Assembly (NCBI GenBank): GCA_963728405.1
Contig: CAVSJV010000017.1
Coordinates: 256,001 to 320,000, forward strand
DNA: 64,000 nt
Origin: Methanomassiliicoccaceae archaeon
GTDB lineage: Archaea; Thermoplasmatota; Thermoplasmata; Methanomassiliicoccales; Methanomassiliicoccaceae
Direction: 5' to 3'
In this document: positions 20,251 through 30,719 of the stretch, one piece after another
Numbering within the stretch: the first letter of the stretch is position 1
Layout: each line of letters begins with the position of its first letter
Program-made: the position numbers and the translations under genes
The notes under the pieces: generated by a model
What the model saw: only the letters and a program-made list of their open reading frames with translations
Database searches by the model: none
What the model was told of the DNA's origin: nothing

Positions 20251-22805
20251 TCACTCCGCCTGAGTCTGTATGCCGCGCTTGCTGAGCGCTTCCTTGACCT
20301 TCAACGGCACCTTGGGGGTATCGCCCTTGACCGCCGGCCTTTTCACCTGCGGCTTGGGGGCATGAACCTTGATGGGGGCGGCCGCCGGCGGGGCCAGTTC
20401 GACCTCGCCATCGTCTATCTTGAACTGGGCGGCGACCTTCTTCAGGTTGATGGCCATCTCCGAGAGCGACTGGGCCCGCGCCGTCATGTCCTCCATGCTG
20501 GCGGTGAGCTCTTCGGTCGATGAGGCCGATTCCTCCGATGCGGAGGCGGTCTCCTCGGCGATGGACGCGATGCCGTCGACCGACTTGGCCGCCCTCTGCT
20601 GGCCTTCCTTCTGCTTGTCCATGAGTGTAGAGATGGCCATGACCTCACTGGATGTGGCGGCGGCCATGACCGATATCTCCTGGAATGCTCTTCCGGTCTC
20701 GTCGACGATGACCATTCCTTCCGCGGCCGTCCTGGTGCCGCGCTGCATCGACTCGACCGCCTTGCTCGTCTCCTGCTGCACTTCCTTGATCATCTTGGCG
20801 ATGCGCTCGGCCGCTTCGCGGCTGTCCTCGGCGAGGTTCTTGACCTCCTCGGCGACGACGGCGAACCCTCTTCCTTGCTCTCCCGCTCTGGCCGCCTCGA
20901 TGGCGGCGTTCAGAGCGAGGAGATTGGTCTGGTCCGATATGCCGGTGATGACCCCGACGATCTCGCCGATCTCCTCCGACCGCTTGCCGAGGATCTCGAT
21001 GACCTTGGCCGACTCGTCGACGACCTTGGCGATCTCCTTCATCTTCTTGATGGTGTTCTCCACCGCGGCCTTGCCCGTATTGGCCGATTCGTTGGCCTTG
21101 CCGGCGGCTTGCGAGGCCATCCCGGACTTGTTGACAACCTCGATCACCGATGAGGATATCTCGGACATGACCCGGGCCGTCTCCTCTACCTGCGATGCCT
21201 GGCTCTGCGCGCCCTTACTGATCTGCTGGATGGCCGCCGACACCTGTTCGGTGGAGGCGTTCATCTCCTCGGCCGAGGAGGCGAGCTCCTGGGAGGTCGA
21301 GGATACCATATCGATCGACTCATTGACCTGCTTCAGCAGGCCGACCATGCTCTCCCCGATGGCGTCCAGGGACTGGGAGAACCTGGTGAAGTCACCCTGG
21401 GTATCGATGTTGACCCGGGCGGTCAGATCCCCGCTCGCGTAGGATTCGGCGATCCTCATGGCCTCGTTGATGGGCACTATGACCGCATCCAGGGTATCGT
21501 TGACTCCCTGGACGATCTTATGGTAATCACCCTGGTGCTTGGACGCGTCGGCACGAGTGGTAAGCTTACCTTCCACCGCGGCCTTGCTGAGCATATTCGT
21601 GTCAGCTACCAGACCATTAACAACGTCTATGCACTGATTGAGATTGTTCTTGATCGTGTTGAAATCGCCGTTGTAGTTGTCGGTGATCTTAGCGGGAATG
21701 TCTCCCTTAGAGATCTCATCGACATATCGGCGGAGAGTTCAGCGGACCGATGACTGCATCGAGACAGTCATTGACGCCGGTCACAATCTCGCCGTACACT
21801 CCCTTGTGCTTGCCACCATCAGCTCGGGTCGCCAGGCGACCCTCCACCGCGGCCTGGGATAACATGGCGGCATCCTGGGCCAGGGCCATGATCGACTCGG
21901 CAACCAGACTCATGTCCTTGTTGATGGAAAAGTAGGTGCTGTGCAGTTCCTTAGTGTATGCATCGGCATCCTGGACCGCCAGATCGACATCCAGGTTGCC
22001 CTCGGCCAGCCGGCGCAGGTTCTTTCTGACCTGTCCTACCCATACATCCGTATACGCCTTGCCCTTGGCGCTGGCCGAGACATCCTGGACAATTTCGATG
22101 TGTCCGATCTTTCTCTCCCTTGGCATCCTTGATGAACGCCGCATCTACCATGAAGTTCATCCCGGCCTGATCGAAGAAGGTCTTGGGCCTGTTGGCCCTG
22201 AGGCACTCCACGCCGCAGTCCTTGGTCTTGCAGATACCCGCGCCCCAGTTGGAGCAATGCTTGCCCAGCACATCCTTGCGCTTGACCTTGAGCATGTCCT
22301 CGACCGGCTTGTTGATGAACAACCAATTCATGTTGATGTCCGTGACCGACAATGGCCAGGGCAGAGTATCCAGGATCTGCTCATATAGGAACACCTGTTG
22401 CTCGAGCTTTTTGTTGTCGCCCGCGGGGACGAGGTAAAGTACGCCGCCGACAGGCTTTCCGCCCTCAGCGAAGACGGGCTCTCCGCTTACGGTGAAGGCT
22501 ATGCTGGAACCATGATCGTCGGTGAAGTTGATCGCCTCAGGCCTGGGCACACGGCCCACTTTGATGGCTTCCATTACCGGATCGCCTGGTTTCCCCAGCG
22601 CACCGCCCATGGCGTCCTTTAGACGCATTCCGGGTGCTTCCGCGGCAGATAGGCCAATGGCCTCGGTAGCGGGTCCATTGATCGTCACTACCTTCCAAGC
22701 GTTGTCTACTAGCAATGCAGGTATGGGCACATGGGTCACCAGGCCCTCGGCCGACTCTCTGCTCAATGGTTTATCCGGTCCTTCGGTCTGATTCTTTACA
22801 TCCAT
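20251..22805 (-). CDS. Soluble methyl-accepting chemotaxis protein (two PAS, repeated HAMP-like units, MA domain); frameshifts near 22110 and 21735
   Basis: [33 protein letters not shown]; repeated AAVEG.L.TRAD..KH.G.Y..IV.GVND.LDAVI; AGGTGA-7nt-ATG; no TM seen. Confidence 0.9.
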
Positions 22806-23322
22806 GAACAAATCACCTATACATTTTCCGATGCCCCATGCCTGAGACGAGGCTATTGAATTGAGCTGAGGACCCCATCCGGAGTATATATCAAGGGAAC
22901 AGGCGGCTATCACTTTTGGTTTTAAATTTTGAGATTATTATTAAACGATTAAATATCATTATCGATAATGGCCTACAGTTTACTATCCAGCCAGATGTAG
23001 AGACGAGGCTCGATATTTCGGAAACCGTTATATCGGAACGTCATGAAAAAGGATCAGGCTATCAGCGATGACGTCCAGAATCGAGAATGAGTTTGATAAC
23101 AGTTTACCAGCTGGCTGTTAACTAATGATATAATCGTCCAGGGAACGAAAGAGTAGAAGAGAAGAACCATGGGGCAGGGGTGGTCCTAGCGTCCATTATC
23201 AATGCCTTGTTATCGAGATGATCGACGGCACCTTCCCGTCTCGACGGCTTTATGCCCTCACTACACCTGATCAATGACCTATCGGAGTAAGATATATTCA
23301 TGGGGGGCTCGAACATTGTGCT

Positions 23323-24078
23323 GTGGAAAAGAACGAGATCACCGTCATACCATCAAGCGAGCGGGAAACCAGGGATCTGGGCTGGCTTCAGACCACTTGG
23401 CTCTTTTCCTTTGATGATTACTACGATCCTAAGAACCTGGAGTTCGGGGTGATTAGGGTGTTCAATGATGATGTCATCGCCCCGGGTAAAGGGTTCCCGG
23501 CCCATCGGCACAGCGAGATGGAGATCGTGACCTACGTGCTGGAGGGGCGATTGTCTCACCGGGACAGCGCGGGCAACCAGGGGTTCCTAGGCCCAGGGGA
23601 GGTACAGAAGCTGAGCGCCGGGACCGGGGTGCTGCATTCGGAGATGAACGATGGCAAAACACCCGTTCACCTCTATCAGATCTGGTTCCTTCCCAACCGG
23701 GGAGGCTTGAAACCTTCCTACCAACAGGGGAAATTTACCATCAAAGAACATCCCAACGTCCTCGTCCCGATGGTCTCGGGCGAGGCGAGGGAGGGGGTTC
23801 TCACCATGAGCTCCCCCGCCACGCTGTACGGCTCCCTCCTGGAAAAGGGGCACGCGCTTAGTGTCGGCAGACCCCGGCGCAAGTTATTCCTATATATTAC
23901 ATCGGGACGGGTGGGCGTGAACGGATCGGTGCTGGAACAAGGGGACCAGTTGCGCTGCACCACAACCACTGCCTTGAGTCTGGAAGCACATGAGGATGCG
24001 AATTTCGTTCTTATCGATATGCCGGAGGACATTTTGAATGGTTCGAGAGGATATCGGTGGATCATCGGAGTTTGTTGA
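23323..24078 (+). CDS. Pirin-family protein (3' end may be extended by a frameshift)
   Basis: FSFDDYYDP, GFPAHRHSEMEIVTY, SAGTGVLHSE, LYQIW. Confidence 0.9.
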   Translation: MEKNEITVIPSSERETRDLGWLQTTWLFSFDDYYDPKNLEFGVIRVFNDDVIAPGKGFPAHRHSEMEIVTYVLEGRLSHRDSAGNQGFLGPGEVQKLSAGTGVLHSEMNDGKTPVHLYQIWFLPNRGGLKPSYQQGKFTIKEHPNVLVPMVSGEAREGVLTMSSPATLYGSLLEKGHALSVGRPRRKLFLYITSGRVGVNGSVLEQGDQLRCTTTTALSLEAHEDANFVLIDMPEDILNGSRGYRWIIGVC

Positions 24079-24400
24079 AGGTCGGCTGAAGAACGTGACC
24101 GCGGGAGGAAGGCCCCTGGTGGTCGCGAGAGTGGAGGGAGAGCTCTACGCCATGGACGGGAAATGCTCTCATATGGGCTTCGATCTGGGCAAGGGAAGAT
24201 TGGATGGCCACATGGTAACCTGCAAGTTGCATGGAGCTCAGTTCGATATTAGGACCGGGGAGAGGGTGAAGAACCTGTCCGCCCACGACATGACCGTGTA
24301 CTCAGTAGTGGAAGAGGGTGGAAGAGCCTTCGTGGACCTGACCTGCCCATCGGTACCATCCTCTGGAGCGGTCCAGAGCGTTTTTAGCCGCCCTGGGTAG
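24038..24400 (+). CDS. Rieske [2Fe-2S] ferredoxin
   Basis: CSH...C..HG..FD..TG Rieske motif; GGAGG SD. Confidence 0.88.
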   Translation: MVREDIGGSSEFVEGRLKNVTAGGRPLVVARVEGELYAMDGKCSHMGFDLGKGRLDGHMVTCKLHGAQFDIRTGERVKNLSAHDMTVYSVVEEGGRAFVDLTCPSVPSSGAVQSVFSRPG

Positions 24401-24500
24401 GATCGCTGACATATCGTTGATATACTGGTCGCAGAATGGAAGAACCGGGAAAGGGAATCAATAAGAGACCTGCAGGAAATCAACCTGAGGAGGAGATACC

Positions 24501-25286
24501 ATTCCAGAGTTGCCCGAGGTGGAGACGTTCAGACGGTACATCGAGAGGACCTCGCTGGATAAGCCAATCAAGAAGGTCGAGGTCAACAACACCATCGTCC
24601 TCGGTAAGACCTCGAAAGAGGACCTCCGCAAAGCGGTGGAGGGCTCCTCCTTCCGGTCGGTGCATAGGATCGGCAAACACCTGCTCGTGGAACTGAGCGA
24701 GGGAGGCTGGCTTACCCTACATTTCGGGATGACGGGGGAACCGGTGTTCTTCGATGACGAGGCCCCCCGTTTCCCCAGGGTCATCATCCACTTCCAGGAC
24801 GGAGCGTTGGCCTTCGACGATCCTCGTATGCTGGGAAGGGTCGGCCTCTCTCCAACAGTGGAGGAGTTCGTTCGCCGGAAAGGTCTGGGGCCGGACGCGC
24901 TCTCTATCTCCAAGAAGGAGTTCCTGGCCAGGTTCGAGAAGGCCAGGGGAGCGATCAAGCCGGCGCTCATGAACCAGCATAAGCTCGCCGGGATCGGCAA
25001 TCTGTACGCCGATGAGGTGCTGTTCCAGAGCCGCCTGGATCCCCGGGCCGAGCTGAGCAGCATGAGCCGCCAGGACCTAGAGGTCATCTATCAGAACATG
25101 AAAAAGGTGCTCAAACTTTCAATAGCGAAGGGTACCGACTTCTCCAAGTTCCCCCCGACCTACCTCCTATCGCACCGACGCAAGGGGGCGATCTGTCCGG
25201 GCTGCGGAGGAACGACCGAGACCATTACCCTGGGGGGTAGGACCACTTATTTCTGTCCAGCATGTCAGACCAGAGGCGGAAGATGA
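24501..25286 (+). CDS. mutM: Fpg/Nei-family DNA glycosylase; apparent ATT start
   Basis: (M)PELPEVE, RIGKHL, HFGMTG, GPDAL, AGIGNLYADEVLF, C-terminal CPGC...CPACQ zinc finger. Confidence 0.92.
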   Translation: MPELPEVETFRRYIERTSLDKPIKKVEVNNTIVLGKTSKEDLRKAVEGSSFRSVHRIGKHLLVELSEGGWLTLHFGMTGEPVFFDDEAPRFPRVIIHFQDGALAFDDPRMLGRVGLSPTVEEFVRRKGLGPDALSISKKEFLARFEKARGAIKPALMNQHKLAGIGNLYADEVLFQSRLDPRAELSSMSRQDLEVIYQNMKKVLKLSIAKGTDFSKFPPTYLLSHRRKGAICPGCGGTTETITLGGRTTYFCPACQTRGGR

Positions 25287-25972
25287 GGGTCCGGGTCTTG
25301 GGGACCAGGGGCCATATCGAACCCACCTCCCCCGGTCATGACCTCCACTCGGGTGTGCTCATAGACAATATACTGTTCGACCTGGGGGAACGATCGTACC
25401 TGGACCTCCGGCCCTCGGCCGCATTCATCACCCACCTTCATGAGGACCACGCCTTCTTCATTAACGACGACGAGATCGATATCGAAATACCAGTGTACGC
25501 ACCGCAAGACTGGAAGGGGCGGGGCCTACGGATCATCAGGAGCACGATGGATGTCAATGGCATGACTGTCACCCCCATACCTACGGTGCACAGCGCCACC
25601 CTCCGTTCCTGCGCCTACCTAATCGAGAAGGACCTGGCCAGGGTGCTCTACACCGGTGACCTCATCTCCATCCAGGACCGCTACCGGGAACGGATCCCCG
25701 AACTGGACGTGGTCATAACCGATGGCAGCTTCATCAGGCGAGGCGGGCTGGTGCGCCGCGATCCGGTCACCGGGCGTCCGCATGGCCATACCGGCATCCC
25801 CGACCTGGTGGAGTTCTTCTCCCCCCTGGCCCGGAAGATCGTCTTCACCCACTTCGGGAGCTGGTTCTACAAGGACATACCGTCATCAGTGGAGAAGATC
25901 CGGTCCCTGGGCCAGTCCACACCGGTTGAAGTGGCCGTGGACGGCATGGAGCTGGAGGCCGAAGCCGACTGA
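25283..25972 (+). CDS. Metallo-beta-lactamase-fold hydrolase, coupled to fpg by an ATGA overlap
   Basis: VLGTRG, FDLG, ITHLHEDH, TVHS, YTGD, GH, FTHFG. Confidence 0.85.
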   Translation: MRVRVLGTRGHIEPTSPGHDLHSGVLIDNILFDLGERSYLDLRPSAAFITHLHEDHAFFINDDEIDIEIPVYAPQDWKGRGLRIIRSTMDVNGMTVTPIPTVHSATLRSCAYLIEKDLARVLYTGDLISIQDRYRERIPELDVVITDGSFIRRGGLVRRDPVTGRPHGHTGIPDLVEFFSPLARKIVFTHFGSWFYKDIPSSVEKIRSLGQSTPVEVAVDGMELEAEAD

Positions 25973-26094
25973 GGTTCGGTCCCTGGTCCCCCAGACCTAC
26001 TGGAGCGCCCGAAGGATGGGTTCGCGTGGCCCCCCCTCCGGCCAGGTCATCGGGCACGCCTACGACTTGGGCGGCCACTCGATATGGATCTGGC

Positions 26095-27000
26095 TCATTT
26101 TCTTGACCCTCTTCCTTCGACCCGGGAAAGGAACTCATCAAGCTCGGACATGAACAGCTCCCGCTCCTCGGCATGAGGCATGTGGGAGCTCTGCTCGAAC
26201 AGCCGCCACTCCGAGCCGGAGATGCCTTGGTGGATCGTTCTCATGATCTCCGGGGTGGCCTCGTCGTACCGGCCGGACATCAGGAGGGTCGGCTCCCTGA
26301 CCTCGCCGAGCCGGGAGAGGAGGGACCAATCCTTGAGCTTCCCGGTCACATAGAACTCCGACGCCCCCCACAGGACGCCGTAGACCTCGGGGTCGAGGGC
26401 GAGTTGGACCAAGGAACGCTCGAGGTATTCCGGCCAGGGTTCCAGCCGGCAGACGTGACGGCGGTAGTAGACAAGCATGGCGGTCTGGTACTCCGGCGAT
26501 CCTGTCGTCCCCGCTCTCTCATGTCGCTGAAGTGTATCTTGGACCTCGCCAGGAAGTTGCTCCCGCAGGCAGTTGGCCTCGCTGATCCACTGGTGAGTGT
26601 CCGCGAGGGGGTCGCATAGGACCAGGCTCTCGATGCCGCTCTCTCCGCTCAAGGCGTGCTCCATGGCCAGCATCCCACCCCATGATTGCCCCAGGATGTG
26701 CGCTCGGTCCAGGCCCAGCTCTTTCCTCACCATACTGAGCTCGTTCAAGAACAGCTCCACCGTCCACAGGTCCGGGTCGTGGATATGGTCTGACCGGCCG
26801 CAGCCCAGCTGATCGTAGAATATCACCTTACGGCCGGTCCGGGCCATATCCTCCAATGGCTCAAGGTAATCGTGCGACATCCCTGGCCCGCCATGCAACA
26901 CCAGCAATGGATACTGGCCCTTCTTCGTCTCCCCAACCTCTCGATACCAGGTGCGGTGGCCGTGGAACTGCACGAACCCTTCCTCGATCTTTGGGGCCAT
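26095..27000 (-). CDS. Proline iminopeptidase-family alpha/beta hydrolase
   Basis: LHGGPG.SHDY, YDQLGCGRS, GQSWGG, GRYDE, SSHMPH.EE. Confidence 0.9.
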   Translation of the reverse strand: MAPKIEEGFVQFHGHRTWYREVGETKKGQYPLLVLHGGPGMSHDYLEPLEDMARTGRKVIFYDQLGCGRSDHIHDPDLWTVELFLNELSMVRKELGLDRAHILGQSWGGMLAMEHALSGESGIESLVLCDPLADTHQWISEANCLREQLPGEVQDTLQRHERAGTTGSPEYQTAMLVYYRRHVCRLEPWPEYLERSLVQLALDPEVYGVLWGASEFYVTGKLKDWSLLSRLGEVREPTLLMSGRYDEATPEIMRTIHQGISGSEWRLFEQSSHMPHAEERELFMSELDEFLSRVEGRGSRK

Positions 27001-27056
27001 GAACAACACTGGGGAGCGAGATGAGGGTTATTGACCGTTTCGTACCGGTTCGCGGA

Positions 27057-28136
27057 TCAGATATCTTGGCGCAGCACGACGGAGGGGTCCTTGAGGCCCG
27101 AGCCGGTGACGATGAGGGCGATGCGCTCTTCGGGACGTCGGTCGATCTGCTCCAATGCGGCCATGGACGCAGCGGCGGCCGGTTCGGCGAATATGCCCTC
27201 GCGGCCCAGGGACCTTATGGCCTGGAACAGCTGATGGTCGGTCACGGTGACCCCGAAGCCGTTGGATCGTTCCATGGCCGCGATGGCCGAATGACCATTG
27301 AAGGGGGTCTTGACCAGTATGGCCGAGGCGATGGTCTTGGCATCCCGGGGAGGCGGCCTAAGTTCGGTGTGGTCCCGCCAGGCCTCCACTATAGGGGCGA
27401 CCTCCGAGGACTGCACCGCGATCATTTGAGGTACTTTTCGCACCACGCCCAGAGACCTCAGTTCCTCGAACCCCTTGTGGATGGAGGTCAGAATGCCCCC
27501 TGTGCCCGTGGGGACGATCACTTTGTCCGGCACTCCCATCTGCTCGTACAGCTCGAAGGCGATGGTCTTCAGTCCCTCGATGAAGTAGGGATTGAGGCCA
27601 GTAGAGGCCAGATAGGCGCCGTGTGCGGCCTCCTCCTTGGCCTTTTCCACCGCTTGGGCAAAGCCGCCCACCACAGGCACCAACTCCGCACCGTACGCGA
27701 CGATCTGTGCGATCTTCTCCTCGGGAATGCCGGCAGGTATGAACACCCGGGCGGTCATGTTGGCGTAGGCCGAGTAAGCGGCCACGCTGGCGCCCATATT
27801 TCCTGTTGAGGCAACGGTGGTGGTCTTGAACTCCCGGTTGTAGGCGTCGGATATCACCACCGTGGTGCCCCGGTCCTTGAATGAGCCGGTGGGGTTGTCG
27901 CCCTCCACCTTTAGAAATATCTCCTCCTTGGTATCCCTCCTCCGCACCAGGGGAGTATTGCCCTCGGACAAGCTGATGGACATCGTGACCGGCAGCATGG
28001 AGCGGTAGCGCCACAGGCCAGCCCCGTGGGGTTCCCAGCTCATCGGGTATTCGACCGCCAGGAGAACCGAGCCGCACCGTTCGCAGGTGTATCTGAATTC
28101 GGAGAAGTCGGCACCGCACTGGGTGCAGCGGAACAT
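27057..28136 (-). CDS. thrC: Threonine synthase
   Basis: N-terminal CxxC..CxxC, EGNTPL, NPTGSFKDRG, ASTGN, VPTGTGG, EPA.A, TGSGLKD. Confidence 0.9.
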   Translation of the reverse strand: MFRCTQCGADFSEFRYTCERCGSVLLAVEYPMSWEPHGAGLWRYRSMLPVTMSISLSEGNTPLVRRRDTKEEIFLKVEGDNPTGSFKDRGTTVVISDAYNREFKTTTVASTGNMGASVAAYSAYANMTARVFIPAGIPEEKIAQIVAYGAELVPVVGGFAQAVEKAKEEAAHGAYLASTGLNPYFIEGLKTIAFELYEQMGVPDKVIVPTGTGGILTSIHKGFEELRSLGVVRKVPQMIAVQSSEVAPIVEAWRDHTELRPPPRDAKTIASAILVKTPFNGHSAIAAMERSNGFGVTVTDHQLFQAIRSLGREGIFAEPAAAASMAALEQIDRRPEERIALIVTGSGLKDPSVVLRQDI

Positions 28137-28199
28137 AGGGGCCTTATGATCTAGTGGCCACAAAATGGTTTGGCGACATTTTATAGGGGTGGGCATGGG

Positions 28200-29167
28200 A
28201 TGAATGACCATGGCTCTGGTCCAGGGGGGCTGGAAGCCTTGGTGCTTTTCGCCCTCATCGTCGTTGGCTCCATCGTTCTGGCACAGGGAGCGTACATTCT
28301 CCTCCGCTACTATCTGGACAGCCGGACCAGACCGAGCAGTGTCAAGATCATCGCCCGCTTCACCCAATATGCCATAATCGCCGCCGGCCTGTATGTGGGC
28401 TTCGTGATAGTGCTGCGCCTGGACCTGCCCGCCATCGCTGCTTCCCTGGGCATCATCAGCCTGGTGGTGGCGTTCTCCCTCCAGCCGGTCCTCTCCAACG
28501 CCGTGGCCGGAGTCCTCATCGCCCTGGAAAGGCCGATCCGCATCGATGACTGGGTCGAGGTGGGGACATCCGGCCCATGCCTGGTGAGGGACATCAATAT
28601 GACCAATACCTATCTCCGCAGCGACCGGGGGGCCCACGTGGTCCTGCCGAACTCGGCCATATTGTCGTCCAAGGTGGTGAACTACAGCCGGACCTGCCTG
28701 GCCCAGATACCTATCGCCGTAGAGGTCCCCCTGGAGGTCGACTTCGGTCGGGTGGCGGCGGAGATCATCAAGGTCCTGGAGGCCAATCCGCGTGTGCTTC
28801 CCCTGATCTCCGCGCCGGATCGGTCGGTAAAGGACCTGCTAAGGTCATCTGAGACCAGAACCTGGAAGGAATGCGACCTGGATGGAGGAACGTACGAGCC
28901 AAAGCTGCTCATAACCAATGTGACGCCGACCTCGCTGTTCATCGAGATCAGGCCTGGATAGGGGACATCGAGCGGAAGGACATCATCCGGTCGGAGATCA
29001 TGAGCACCCTCTTAAGGGCGCTCAAATCCCTGGAAAAGAAGTTGCCGCCCCCGGGCGATCAGAAAGAGGACCTGATGCTGGAATCGTTGCAACGGGTGAC
29101 CGCCGAGCTGAAGTCCCTGAACGAGCGCATCGAGGAGAAGGAACGTTCCCCGATGCGACGGCGGTGA
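28200..29167 (+). CDS. mscS: Small-conductance mechanosensitive channel; frameshift near 28945
   Basis: Three TMs, AFSLQ.VLSNAVAG..I..ERPIRIDDWV, LPNS, NYSR; C-terminus continues in 28871 ORF frame. Confidence 0.85.
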
Positions 29168-29230
29168 CCTTCGGATTTGAGCAGTGGATGGTATTATGTG
29201 CCCTTCAGACGATGATATGGCCGGTACGAT

Positions 29231-29698
29231 ATGGACCCCGATCTGCTATTTGTCTCTGGAGGCATCGAACTGGTCGATGCATTGGAACCCATGTGGCGCC
29301 TGCTGACCTTACACGCCTCGGAGCGATCGAAGCATTTCGGCCGATACTTCGCGGACAAGGGCTTCCTGGAGAGGAAGGAGGAGCTGTCGAGAAAGGCGGC
29401 CAGAAGTCACCTATTGATCGAGGTGGCCCTGGACCCCAGAGCCCGGCAGGACCTTGGTTACTGCATCAGCAGCGTCGATGACGAGGGCATGGGGGAGATC
29501 GAATCGTTGTTCGTCGGCGAGGCGGCCCGTGGCCGAGGCGTGGGCGACAAGCTCGTGCGCCGGTCCATCGAGTGGATGGACAAGATGGGTGCCCGGTCGA
29601 TGGTGGTTTTCACCGTCTACGGCAATGAGGAGGTCCTGCCGTTCTACCAGCGTTATGGCTTTCAACCAAAGATGGTCATGCTGGAAAGAAAGAAGTGA
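29231..29698 (+). CDS. GNAT-family acetyltransferase
   Basis: EIESLFV...RGRGVG, N...FYQRYGF. Confidence 0.9.
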   Translation: MDPDLLFVSGGIELVDALEPMWRLLTLHASERSKHFGRYFADKGFLERKEELSRKAARSHLLIEVALDPRARQDLGYCISSVDDEGMGEIESLFVGEAARGRGVGDKLVRRSIEWMDKMGARSMVVFTVYGNEEVLPFYQRYGFQPKMVMLERKK

Positions 29699-29752
29699 CC
29701 GGAGCAGCAATCTTATTATTCCGTCAGCTGCCACGTCCGGGTCGGTAAGATC

Positions 29753-29932
29753 ATGAAGGTTCATTGTCCGCGAAAAGGATGCAACTATTATGCCACCGCC
29801 GAAGCCGCCGAGGACGCCATGGAGGACCTGCAGGACCACCTAAGCCAGGTCCACGGTACCGACGAAATGCCCGATAGCGTCAAAGAGAGCGTCGAGGGAG
29901 AGATCAAGACCCGATCCAAGTCCCGCTTGTGA
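29753..29932 (+). CDS. Small metal-binding protein (DUF1059-like), 59 aa, absent from the ORF track
   Basis: Hand translation MKVHCPRKGCNYYATA...LQDHLSQVHG...; C-x4-C and H-x4-H ligands. Confidence 0.7.
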   Translation: MKVHCPRKGCNYYATAEAAEDAMEDLQDHLSQVHGTDEMPDSVKESVEGEIKTRSKSRL

Positions 29933-29938
29933 GAACGG

Positions 29939-30634
29939 TCAGGGCAGATGCGCTCTGACCTTCAGGTCGGCGTAATCGTCGGGGGAAAGTGCCCTCCTGG
30001 AGATGTCATTTAACATCCGCACAACTTCCGGAGGGGGGTTGGCCATCGAACCGACCAACTCGACCCTCTCGCTCCGAGTCATTGCCGGCAACATCATGGC
30101 CACATCCAAGGCTAGTTGCTCGGGGCTCTCGGCCCCCAGGATCTTTCCCAACATGGCCCGTACCTCCGCATCGCTGCACAGCCTCCAGAGCTCCGGTTGG
30201 ACCCGTTCTTCCTCAGTATCGATGTGCATAAGATAGAAGGCGACGAACCGGTTCCACGCCAGGTACAGCTCCTGGGCCAGGGCCTTGCTCTCGGTAGCCG
30301 GTGGGGACCCCTGGACCAACAGGTCCGCCATGGCCATGATATCGTCCAGATGCCGGTTCATGACCCCATGCTCCTCCTCCAGCACCCGGGCGCCTCCCGG
30401 TACCCGCTGGGCCAGGGTCGGATGGATGAAAGATCCCTCCATTTGAGCATGATTTCGTAACTCTTCCCGGAACGCGGCGATGCGCGAGCGCAGTACTTCA
30501 AGACCTCCGGGTACATTGGGATCGGTCCGCCCCGCCAATTCTGAGATCTGGAACATGACCATCCTTTGACCCTTGTGGATATTGGTGTAGATGTGGAATC
30601 CCGGGGGCATGCTGGGAACATTGGTGCAGCTCAT
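29939..30634 (-). CDS. Hemerythrin/HHE cation-binding domain protein
   Basis: IHKG.R, HAQME..FIHP, EEEH, HIDTEEE.V.P. Confidence 0.8.
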   Translation of the reverse strand: MSCTNVPSMPPGFHIYTNIHKGQRMVMFQISELAGRTDPNVPGGLEVLRSRIAAFREELRNHAQMEGSFIHPTLAQRVPGGARVLEEEHGVMNRHLDDIMAMADLLVQGSPPATESKALAQELYLAWNRFVAFYLMHIDTEEERVQPELWRLCSDAEVRAMLGKILGAESPEQLALDVAMMLPAMTRSERVELVGSMANPPPEVVRMLNDISRRALSPDDYADLKVRAHLP

Positions 30635-30719
30635 CTATCAATCATCGGTGTCCCATAGGACCTGGGGCTTTCCTGACGATGCCATTAATACGACCTCGGA
30701 GGCGTTCCTAGTTTGGCAG

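Noticed and set aside
27057-28637. 526-aa extended threonine synthase
   Set aside because: The first 166 aa are antisense to mscS; the real start is the zinc-ribbon ATG at 28136.
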